Positions 28,290 through 37,073 of a stretch of DNA of 38,126 bases are shown here, in pieces; the stretch's first letter is position 1, and each line of letters opens with the position of its first letter. The stretch comes from Gemmatimonadota bacterium (lineage in GTDB: Bacteria > Gemmatimonadota > Gemmatimonadetes > Gemmatimonadales > GWC2-71-9). The notes beneath the pieces were generated by a model. It did no database searches, was not told where the DNA came from, and was given only the letters and a program-made list of their open reading frames with translations. The translations under genes and the position numbers were made by a program. The stretch is taken from positions 1 to 38,126 of the forward strand of contig JBDHKN010000089.1 of the NCBI GenBank assembly GCA_039586365.1. The letters run 5' to 3'.

Positions 28290-28922
28290 TCACACCGTCG
28301 TGCGACGTGACAATGCACGACGCCACAGGAGCCAGCACGCGGTAGCGAACAACGCAAGCAACACAACTCCAGTTTCCGAGATCCGGTTGACGGACCATTG
28401 TCCCATCTGGGGTGGTGTTCTCAGGAAGTTGGGAAGGTTCTCGAGCCGAGCTACCGCGGAGCCGTCAGCCTCACGAACGAGGCGAGGAAAACCGTCTCGG
28501 AGCAGGGCGTTAGGACCTACACCCACGACACGAATATGAATCTGGGTGCTTCCCGATACGGTGGGAGCGTCGGGCACGGCAAACGGGATGCGAGATAGAT
28601 CTCCATGCACGCTGTAACGGATACCCACAGTCTGCGCGTCGCTCGCGGCCAGCCTGATCCGGTACAATCCGGGAGACACCGCGATGTATGGTCTCTGAGA
28701 GACAACAGATGGGTGGAAGAACTCGAGTCGTTGGTCCCGCAACTTAGCAAGCGACAGGTAGAGGGAGTCTTGCTGTCCCTGGATTTGGTAGCTGGCTGCC
28801 ACAACTGCCGTCGAGTCAGTAGCAATCTCGATCGAGATGTCGGCGGCCACTAGCTGGGCTGCGATTCCCAAACGCAGTACGGCGGCAAGCACAACGACAA
28901 AGATCCCTGTTGATCGGCACAC
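28290..28922 (-). CDS. Hypothetical exported protein with a C-terminal membrane anchor
   Basis: Hydrophobic N-terminus, beta-rich middle, C-terminal TM followed by RR; 12 nt upstream of the SSS gene. Confidence 0.6.
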   Translation of the reverse strand: MCRSTGIFVVVLAAVLRLGIAAQLVAADISIEIATDSTAVVAASYQIQGQQDSLYLSLAKLRDQRLEFFHPSVVSQRPYIAVSPGLYRIRLAASDAQTVGIRYSVHGDLSRIPFAVPDAPTVSGSTQIHIRVVGVGPNALLRDGFPRLVREADGSAVARLENLPNFLRTPPQMGQWSVNRISETGVVLLALFATACWLLWRRALSRRTTV

Positions 28923-29068
28923 GGCAAGTGAGCCACCTCAGTTTCCTTGAGTTGCAGCCTCCACAGGGCGATATTGCGATCCCACGCGGCCGACCTTCCC
29001 ACCTAGCTGGCGGTACGCCAACTGGAACACCAGCGCCTGAATGATGGCGACAAACCAGGAGTGATTGT

Positions 29069-30196
29069 ATGAATACGTCTCGGAGGGACTTCGTTCAGAT
29101 GACAGCTGCCGCTGGCGCAGTAGGATTGGCACTTGGTCCCCGTTCTCGAGCTGGGCTGGGTCCTGTTATCGCGTCACCAGCCCCCCTCCGCATCTTGGTA
29201 CTCGGCGGCACGGGTTTCATTGGCCCGCACTTGGTGCGACATGCACTGAGCCGGGGGCATGTTCTCACACTGTTCAATCGCGGACGTACCAACACTCACC
29301 TATTCCCCGAGGTAGAGAAGCTGGTCGGTGATCGCGAAAACGACTTGGAGTCTCTGAGAGGACGTACTTGGGATGCCGTGATCGACAACTCTGCTAGCAA
29401 TCCAAGATGGGTACGCGACTCGGCTCAACTACTGAAGGACTCCGCCGACGTTTATCTCTTCACGTCAACAAGATCGACATACTCGGATTTCAGCCAGATT
29501 GGGATGACCGAGGAGACCGGTCCGCAGTTCGACGTGGATCCGGCGGTGACCGACGATCCGGATGTGAGACTTCCCTACGGACAGGCCAAGGTGCTGTGCG
29601 AGTATGAGACCAAGAGGGCATTCCCCGGTAGATACCTGATCGTACGACCGGGTCTCATAGTAGGACCGGGAGATCAAACGGACAGGTTCACATACTGGCC
29701 GGCCCGGATCCATCGCGGTGGCGAAGTGCTGGCGCCAGGTGAGCCCGACAATCCCGTCATGTTCATTGACGTGCGCGACCTGGCCGAATGGTATGTCCAT
29801 CTCCTCGAACGAGGTGCTCGCGGGGCGCTCAACGCGTTGGGACCGGAGGCTCCTCTGTCCTTTGCGGAACTGCTTTATGGTATCCGTGCTGTCACTTCAA
29901 CGCCGGTATCATTCACCTGGGTGGCCACGGACTTCCTGTTGGACCATGAAGTGCGGCCTTATTCCCATATGCCGTTGTGGATGCCTGCACGCGGTGACAG
30001 GGCGGGATTCAACCGCTGGGATCTCACCAAGCCGTTGGCGATGGGGCTCAAGTATCGCCCGCTCGCGGTCACCGCAAAGGACACACTCGAGTTCCACCTA
30101 TCGCGACCATTGGAACGGCAGCAAGATCTCCGAGCCGGAATCACGCCCGCACGCGAAGCGGAACTGCTGGAAGCATGGAGACAGATGCCCCTGTGA
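29069..30196 (+). CDS. Tat-signal NAD-dependent epimerase/dehydratase (extended SDR)
   Basis: SRRDFV twin-arginine leader, GGTGFIG, YGQAK and VRPGLIVGPGD. Confidence 0.88.
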   Translation: MNTSRRDFVQMTAAAGAVGLALGPRSRAGLGPVIASPAPLRILVLGGTGFIGPHLVRHALSRGHVLTLFNRGRTNTHLFPEVEKLVGDRENDLESLRGRTWDAVIDNSASNPRWVRDSAQLLKDSADVYLFTSTRSTYSDFSQIGMTEETGPQFDVDPAVTDDPDVRLPYGQAKVLCEYETKRAFPGRYLIVRPGLIVGPGDQTDRFTYWPARIHRGGEVLAPGEPDNPVMFIDVRDLAEWYVHLLERGARGALNALGPEAPLSFAELLYGIRAVTSTPVSFTWVATDFLLDHEVRPYSHMPLWMPARGDRAGFNRWDLTKPLAMGLKYRPLAVTAKDTLEFHLSRPLERQQDLRAGITPAREAELLEAWRQMPL

Positions 30197-30283
30197 AGGG
30201 GACCACCTCGCGGATGCGACGAGGATTGCTAGGGCCCAATTAGCGGTGCCCGACGTACAGACGTCAGGAGAGATGCCATTACA

Positions 30284-31574
30284 ATGTTGAGGGCAACTTT
30301 GAGAAAGCTCGTGCTAGTTCAGGATACTGAGGTGGCGGCGTTGCTGTGGGCGACAGCCTATGGCTTCTGCATCTTCCTTGCGTACTACATCCTGCGCCCG
30401 GTTCGGGATGAGATCAGCTCCGCGGACCGTGGAAACCTGCAGATCATCTGGACTGCAGTATTCCTGGCGATGCTAGTGGTTGTCCCAGCCTATTCCTGGG
30501 TTGTATCGCGGTATCCGCGAGGCGTCTTCGTTCCCCTGGCAAATCGGTTCTTCATCGTCAATCTACTGATCTTTTTCGCCGCCCTGCATCTGCTGCCAGA
30601 AAATGCCAGGCCGTGGATCGATCGTGGCTTCTACGTCTGGGCGAGCGTTTTTGCGCTCTTCGTGGTCACAGTGTTCTGGGGCTGCATGGCGGATCTCTTC
30701 CGCAACGAACAAGGGAAGCGGCTGTTTGCGTTCATCACAGTTGGGTCTTCATTAGGGGCGATCGCCGGGTCGTCCCTGACGGCCATACTAGCTGAGGTCG
30801 TTGCACCTTTCAGTCTTCTGCTGATCGCGTGCATTCCCCTAGAGATCGCGTCTTGGTGCGTGGGGGTGTTGCACCGCAAGTTTGGGGGGAGAGACGGCGT
30901 TAGGACGCCTGCCAACGAACCGGTCCGCGGATCAGCGATGAGCGGCATACGCGTGGTGTTCCAGTCCCCATACCTGCTGGGTATCGCTGCGTACCTCGCA
31001 CTGATGACGTTCGCGTCCACGGTTCTGTACTTTCAGCAAGCGGACCTCATCGGTCAGGCGTTTGTGGACGAATCGGGCTGCGCGGACAGCGTTCTACGCC
31101 AAGATCGATCTCGCGGTGAACATCCTCACCATTCTGCTGCAGACCTTGATCACCGCGCGGATAATCCGACTCATTGGGGTGGGACTCAGCCTTACCGTGG
31201 TGCCGGCCTGCCTCTTCCTGGGTTTCTTGGGTCTAGGGCTATACCCACTGCTCGCAGTGTTGGTGGTGTTGCAGGTGCTGTACCGGTCGGGCCGATACGG
31301 AATCGCAAAGCCCGCGCGCGAGGTGTTGTTCACCGTGGTTAGTCGTGAGGAAAAGTACAAGTCGAAGGCATTTCTCGATGCGGCGGTGTACCGGGGTGGA
31401 GACTTAGTGAGCGGATGGATCTATGCCGGCCTAGCGTGGATCGGGCTTTCGGTCGGTGCAATCGCCCTTGTGGCGGCACCGCTAGCGGCCGTTTGGGTTG
31501 GCATCGCATTGAGTCTTGGCCGTCGGCAAGATGAGCTCGCCAAGCTGGAGGCGACTCCAGCGGGCGCGGGCTGA
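30284..31574 (+). pseudogene. NTP/NDP exchange (TLC/NTT-like) MFS transporter, frameshifted near 31065-31075
   Basis: The 5' ORF has YYILRPVRDE and FW..MADLF..EQGKRLF. The 3' ORF has RYGIAKPAREVLFTVVSREEKYKSKAFLDAAVYRGGD. Span 1291 nt = 3n+1. Confidence 0.75.
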
Positions 31575-31692
31575 CCAGCTTGAGCAGGTGTAGCATCCGA
31601 GGTTCGACCCGGGACAGATCTCGGCCAACTGGATCCAGCTGCGGAAGTTGTGGAGTCTCTCGATCCGCGCTGCCAAGGCCACCGGAGGCGGC

Positions 31693-32847
31693 CTAGAGTC
31701 TTCTGGCCCTCCAGGCTGACAGGATCTCGGCTTCCCGTTCAGCGGTAAGGGGGAAACGCGGCTCCTCGCGCCGTTGCTCGGTGACCGCATCGGAGTACCA
31801 CCATTCGTAGATGTTCATAAGTGTGACGGCGATGGGGCGGTGAGTCAGACCGTGAGAGAGAGCCTTTTCGATGTTGATGCTCGCATTGCCGATGTAGTCT
31901 CCTTCGACCATGACCCAAGGAATGGCGTACCGGAGCCGCTGTTCCTCGAGAAAGCTGTAGTCTTCGATCCACGTCCATGACATTTGTGAAGAAGTGGCAG
32001 CCCTTACTCCGTGGAGGAACTCCTCCATTGTGAGAGGTGACGCCGGTCCGGCAGCATTGTACACGCCGGTATTGCCGTTCTCGACCAATCTGATCATCCA
32101 CTCCGTCAAATCGCGTACGTCAATCAGCATGACCGGGTCGCCCTTTCTTCCCGGAGCCAACACCTCGCCCCCGCGTTGCAGTCGCACTGGCCAGTAGGCT
32201 GAACGACCCGTCCGGTCGCCTGGGCCGAAGATGTACTGGGGTCTGACGACGATAGCACGATCTCCAAACGCTTTCTGCACCTCGATCTCTGACAATGCCT
32301 TCATCACACCGTAGGATGGATTCTCCTGCGGCGGGTCGTCTGCTAGGACCAGCTTCGTGTCTTCGCGAATGTCAGTGGTGAGGTAGGGGAGGTAGACGCC
32401 CGTGGAGGACACGAAGAGGTAATGCTGTGCCGAATCCTCGAGGAGCTGGGTCGAATTACGCGCCCACTCCACCCGCTGGCCCGAGTTGTCGATCACAACG
32501 TCCCAGGTCCGACCCTGCAAGGCTTGCAGGTTCTGGTTACGGTCTCCAATCAGGTGTTCAACGTCAGCAAAAACTTCCCGAAACAGTGTTGGCTGAGTCT
32601 GTCCCCTGGTGAAGATCGTCACCGTGTGTCCTCGTTCAAGCGCATACCGAACTTGATGCGGCCCGATGAAGCTAGTACCACCGAGTATCAGGATCTTCAG
32701 CTGACGGGGTGCTGGCTCAACTCCAGGTTCACGGCTTGGCGATGCGACACTGAGAGGAGATCTCAATCCAGTTGAGCTGACGCCCAAGCCGAGTGCACCA
32801 CTAGCTGCTAGGGAAGTGCGCAGGAATTCGCGTCTGCCGACGGACAT
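31693..32847 (-). CDS. Tat-signal NAD-dependent epimerase/dehydratase (extended SDR), paralogue of 29069-30196
   Basis: Start ATG 32847 MSVGRREFL; GGTSFIG, YGVMK, RGGEVLAPG and IDVRDL. Confidence 0.88.
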   Translation of the reverse strand: MSVGRREFLRTSLAASGALGLGVSSTGLRSPLSVASPSREPGVEPAPRQLKILILGGTSFIGPHQVRYALERGHTVTIFTRGQTQPTLFREVFADVEHLIGDRNQNLQALQGRTWDVVIDNSGQRVEWARNSTQLLEDSAQHYLFVSSTGVYLPYLTTDIREDTKLVLADDPPQENPSYGVMKALSEIEVQKAFGDRAIVVRPQYIFGPGDRTGRSAYWPVRLQRGGEVLAPGRKGDPVMLIDVRDLTEWMIRLVENGNTGVYNAAGPASPLTMEEFLHGVRAATSSQMSWTWIEDYSFLEEQRLRYAIPWVMVEGDYIGNASINIEKALSHGLTHRPIAVTLMNIYEWWYSDAVTEQRREEPRFPLTAEREAEILSAWRARRL

Positions 32848-32999
32848 GACGTCACGCTCCGTTTCTCTGCTGGGGCCGATCGATAGGGACGAAACAAAGG
32901 GTAGCCTCGGGTCCGATCCGACACAACACATCGGGGATGGTCAACCCATTGCACACGTTATTTCAAGCTCCATCTTACTTACCAGAAGGGAGGCAACGA

Positions 33000-33968
33000 G
33001 TGTCGACCAAACATCTGTTCGTGATTCACGGAAGTAGCACCAAGCCACAGCGCCGTGTGCTAGAGCGCCTGGTCAAAAGAGCGATAACGGAGGGCCTTCG
33101 TAGAGTTGATTCCGGTGCGGCGGGGAAGCTCGAGGCGTCTGGCATCAGATTCACACTTGTCTACTATGGGGACATCACCAACGAGTTGATGGTTCGTGCG
33201 GAGCCTGAGCTCAAGAAATCGATGATTCAGCGGGGCGGCAGATGGTACCAACCGCACAACAGCGACGAGATGAATCTCGAGCGGCTCATCGCATGGCCCA
33301 CCAGGAAACACAGCCAAGGACACTACAAGGAGTTGATTCGAAAGACGCCGAACCGTCGCTTGTTGGATCATGTGGCGCGGGTCGTGAGTCCAGTGGCGTC
33401 GGTGATGGGGCTAGGGCCGTATGCGATCAGGCGATTGTTTCCCGATCTCGCAGCCTATCTCAACAGCCGGGCATGGGGATCGGAGCTCCGCACTCGGCTG
33501 CAGGGCCCGCTCCGACGTGCGCTTGCGCGTGGGGAGGACGTAGCCCTGGTGTCACACAGCATGGGTTGTATTGTGTCGTATGACGTGCTCTGGAAGCTCT
33601 CACGCATGAGTGAGTACCGCAGTGTTCACGATCGCAAGGTGTCTCTGTGGTTGACCTTGGGGAATCCGCTAGGTGAGCCGACGATAAAAGCCATGCTGTA
33701 CGATGCAAACGAACCTAATGACGGCCTCTTCCCAGCGAATTTGGTTGATTGGGTCAACATTGCCGCGCAGGACGACCTCGTTGCACGCGATCGCACGGTT
33801 GCAGACGATTTCCAGGAGATGATCCGCCGCAAGCTACTGAGACGAATCAAGGATCATCGGCGCATATACTCGTTCTGGGTTGGCGCCCGCGGATCGAATC
33901 CACACAAGTCGTATGGTTATTTCAACCATCCGTCCGTGGCGAGGGTACTCGCACGCTGGATACAGTGA
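33000..33968 (+). CDS. Alpha/beta-hydrolase fold protein
   Basis: FVIHG, nucleophile elbow VSHSMG, TLGNPL, DDLV and NPHKSYGY. GGAGG precedes GTG 33000. Confidence 0.7.
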   Translation: MSTKHLFVIHGSSTKPQRRVLERLVKRAITEGLRRVDSGAAGKLEASGIRFTLVYYGDITNELMVRAEPELKKSMIQRGGRWYQPHNSDEMNLERLIAWPTRKHSQGHYKELIRKTPNRRLLDHVARVVSPVASVMGLGPYAIRRLFPDLAAYLNSRAWGSELRTRLQGPLRRALARGEDVALVSHSMGCIVSYDVLWKLSRMSEYRSVHDRKVSLWLTLGNPLGEPTIKAMLYDANEPNDGLFPANLVDWVNIAAQDDLVARDRTVADDFQEMIRRKLLRRIKDHRRIYSFWVGARGSNPHKSYGYFNHPSVARVLARWIQ

Positions 33969-33980
33969 GTGTCCTACATC

Positions 33981-34394
33981 TCACATGTCCAACGCAGCCA
34001 TCGCTTCCGCGTACTTGTCTGGCCTGACGTAGAGAATGTAGCCGTAACCTCCTCTTCCGTCTGTCACTCCGGTTGAAGCGTAGACGTTCACGTTGGCTTC
34101 GTAGAGCCTCTCGTGAATACCGGTAAGGGCACCCAGCGCATCGTCCCCCTGAACTAGGAGAGCGTGGTGTGGTCCGTCCAGCGTCAATCCGGACTGTTTC
34201 GCCGCGGAGTCCAACTTGGGGGGATCCTCAGGGAAGATCGTCAATTGCGTGCGCATGGGGCCGACAGGCACACCGGTAAAAGCGAGCATGTTGACGCCCA
34301 GTTCAGCAAATTGCGATAGCAACCTATATGCTTCCCCTGGCTGGTCAGTCACTGTCGCATAGAAGTACTGTACGCCGCGGATATGGAATGCCAT
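33981..34394 (-). CDS. ACT-domain-like protein
   Basis: DQPGEAYRLLSQFAELGVNM and GDDALGALTGIHERLYEANVNV (two ACT-like units). GGAGG precedes ATG 34394. Confidence 0.7.
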   Translation of the reverse strand: MAFHIRGVQYFYATVTDQPGEAYRLLSQFAELGVNMLAFTGVPVGPMRTQLTIFPEDPPKLDSAAKQSGLTLDGPHHALLVQGDDALGALTGIHERLYEANVNVYASTGVTDGRGGYGYILYVRPDKYAEAMAALDM

Positions 34395-34504
34395 AGCTTC
34401 CTCCAGGCTCTGGGTTCCCACTTGAAATCATACCGCCAGGGACGCCGGTTTGCACTGGTGTTCTGGTGTGCTGGACCTGCAAGGCATCTCACAATGATAC
34501 CGGA

Positions 34505-35678
34505 CTACACGGGTAGTACGAGATCGTCTAGCGACTCCGGAGCATGGGTGAGATTGACGTAGCCATCCTCGGTAATCAGAATGGTATCGGAATGGCGGTA
34601 GCCACCTTTCGCTTCGTCATATATTCCTGGCTCGACGCTGATCAGCATCTGCGGCGCGAGGACGCGTGTTTCACCAATCGCCAAGAAGGGCGCTTCGTGT
34701 CCGGTGATGCCTAAACCATGTCCGGTCCGATGGATGATGCCGTGCTCGTAGCCCGCGGTAGCGATGACTCTCCGTGCTGCCTCATCGATCTCACCCAGAT
34801 GTTGACCGGGCTTCAGTAGGTCCAATGCGGTGGCTCGAGCGGCGAACATGACGTCGAAAGCTTCTCGAGCGTACTCGGGTACTTCGCCGAGGAAGAAAGT
34901 CCGTTCCAACTCCACGCCATAACCGTCGACCTGTGCCGATACGATGCTCACATGGGGGCCACCACGTTCCATTGGCTGCCAGAGTTTCGGGATTCGGTGC
35001 GGATCGTGTGAGATCGTCGGTGGCCAGACTGCTCCCAGAGTCTTCGTCACTATGAAGTTTGCATCCGGGATGTCCGTGAAGATCTTCTGTGTCATCACCG
35101 TGTTTACCGCGCTGAATATTTCTCCCTCAAGCACCCCTGGCTTGCAAAGGTCCAATGCTGTCTCATGCCCCATGTCAACAACGCTACATGCATGCACTGT
35201 CCGCCCAATCTCGTATTCGGTCTTTACTATGCGGGCTTCATCGACAACATCGGTGACGATGACGGTTCCCGGTGTGCGGTTGGCTATACCGACTGGCATC
35301 GCCTGCTCAATGCCTATGCGGGCACTCTTGCTGAATAGAGATCTGTAGACATCATGCCAATTGTTGCCTTCTGGAGCGGGGAACGGGGAACTCAAAGTAG
35401 GTGACACATTCCAGCTCGCAGCGCGCTCGCTCTAATACGTGCGACAGTTCCAACTTGGGCACCAACATCATTGGGATTCCCGTCCGGGGAACAATGAGCA
35501 GAAACGGGCGTTCGTGCACGTAGTTCGCAAAGTTGGTCAGATAGTAGACGTTGATGGGGTCGAACGCGACGTAGTAGTCCAGATCGGACTCCGCCATCAG
35601 CGCCCTGACTCTCGTGAGGCGCTCCGTGAGTTCGAGTAGATCGGGTGGCAATGTGATTGGATCGGGAACGTCGCTCAT
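34505..35678 (-). pseudogene. M24 (Xaa-Pro peptidase/creatinase-like) gene frameshifted by a 7-bp tandem duplication
   Basis: Creatinase_N region (NVYYLTNF...ERP) in one frame and the M24 core (GHGLG..HEAP, VEPGIY) in another. CGGGGAA occurs twice at 35377-35390; removing one copy gives a 388-aa ORF. Confidence 0.85.
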
Positions 35679-35793
35679 GGCTCATCTCCGGGTATGGTCG
35701 TGCTTCGGCTGACATGGATCAACCGGGAGGGTTCTATTCGAAACGTATCCCGGTGTAATGTACGCAGTGGTCGGCTGGTGGTGAGATCAGGAG

Positions 35794-36198
35794 GTGGTTT
35801 ACGGGCCAACTGCTGGTTTCTCGAGTATCGTGAGCTCTTACGACGCCACGAATTCTCCCGACCAAATCATCCTTGAAGCCGGCGATCCCAAGACCGAACG
35901 TGAGAAGCTGCCCGATCGTTCACCTTTGAACCATGTGGACCTGTTGAATTCGCCGCTGTTGCTTACCCATGAATCCAACGACAATCGTGTTGGTGTTACG
36001 GAGAGCCGCCAGTTCAATGCTGCAGCGGCAGAGCTGCACAAACCAGTCACCTACGTGGAGTTCGGGGGTCAACGGCACGGTATCAGCGGGCTGGCAAACC
36101 CGGTGCGGTGGTATCAGGCGCAGTTCGATGTCTTGTACGGTGTCGAAAGGCCTTCAAGTACTATTGCGCGCGGCCTCTATCAGTTCCTCCACTTTTGA
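35794..36198 (+). pseudogene. C-terminal fragment of an S9 prolyl oligopeptidase-family gene
   Basis: RSPLNHVD...PLLLTHESNDNRV...ES...YVEFGGQRHG retains the Asp/His region, but there is no GxSxGG and no propeller domain. Confidence 0.65.
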
Positions 36199-36729
36199 CA
36201 CGGCCCGCTGCGCCATGCGAAGGAACTCCTCGCCACCTTGGTACATACGCCGCAACTCGCTGCAGTGAACCGACCCCCGAGATAGCCACCAGTCCCAATA
36301 CTCGTTGGACATCTGTCGGGCGCGGCGTCTGAGTTGGGTCCGGTCTTGGTGCAGTTTGCCAGCTGCGACACCGATGGCCAACATGCTACCTGTGAGCATC
36401 CCGCAGAGATCTCCCTGTCCCAACCCACCATTGAAGACCGTGGCCGCGTCGAGCCTCGCTTCCGGTTCGCCGAGATACCTCAGCGCCACCACGTAACAGC
36501 ATTCAGCGCAGCCAAAACCGTGGCCGGCGTAATTCTGTACGTCTCTCGCCATCGTGGAAGCAGCGATTGTCCGCTGTTCTTGTGGCGTGAAGGTGCTCCA
36601 GAACCCGGGCTTATCCTGCTCCTGGAAACTCTCGGACAGGCTGGGAAACGCGAGGCCTGCCGCCAACAGCGGAGTGAGGGAACCGACGAACTCCCGTCTG
36701 GTTGCTCTGTAGGATCCGAATTCTCCCAT
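36154..36729 (-). CDS. C-GCAxxG-C-C family putative redox protein with a Tat-like leader
   Basis: TRREFV leader; GCAEC, FNGGLGQGDLCGMLTG and GSVHC motifs. Start placed at ATG 36729. Confidence 0.7.
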   Translation of the reverse strand: MGEFGSYRATRREFVGSLTPLLAAGLAFPSLSESFQEQDKPGFWSTFTPQEQRTIAASTMARDVQNYAGHGFGCAECCYVVALRYLGEPEARLDAATVFNGGLGQGDLCGMLTGSMLAIGVAAGKLHQDRTQLRRRARQMSNEYWDWWLSRGSVHCSELRRMYQGGEEFLRMAQRAVSKVEELIEAARNST

Positions 36730-37073
36730 TGCAGGTCCCTTTGGCTTGTCTACTCCGTATCCGGGCAGCGATTCCTGGACCAGCCAGCCGCATCTCAAAC
36801 TGCTAAAGATGGGCGCTGTTAGGCAAGTGATGGATGTCGGACCAGGCTCGGTGCCGCCGCCTCACCGATCTTCTCACCGGAGGGGCTGGACGAAACGTCA
36901 CAGCTACAACCGACGTAGTGCTGAGGTGGGTAGTGGATGCAACTTCGAGCCGGTCTGGAGCATCGAATGAAGTGGAGGGCTGAGCCATTTCTATCTACCA
37001 TTTGATCCCACGAGCTCTGGAGGCGCGCCTGCCCGCTGGCGCAACCCAGCAGATCGTGCGCTTTGGCGCATGG

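Noticed and set aside
31596..31615. GGTTCGACCC resembling a tRNA T-loop
   Set aside because: The flanks do not form a T-stem, and there is no acceptor stem, D arm or anticodon arm.
36800..37000. Small ORFs between the C-GCAxxG-C-C gene and mrcB
   Set aside because: Short, with no convincing SD or motif; more likely a divergent promoter region.
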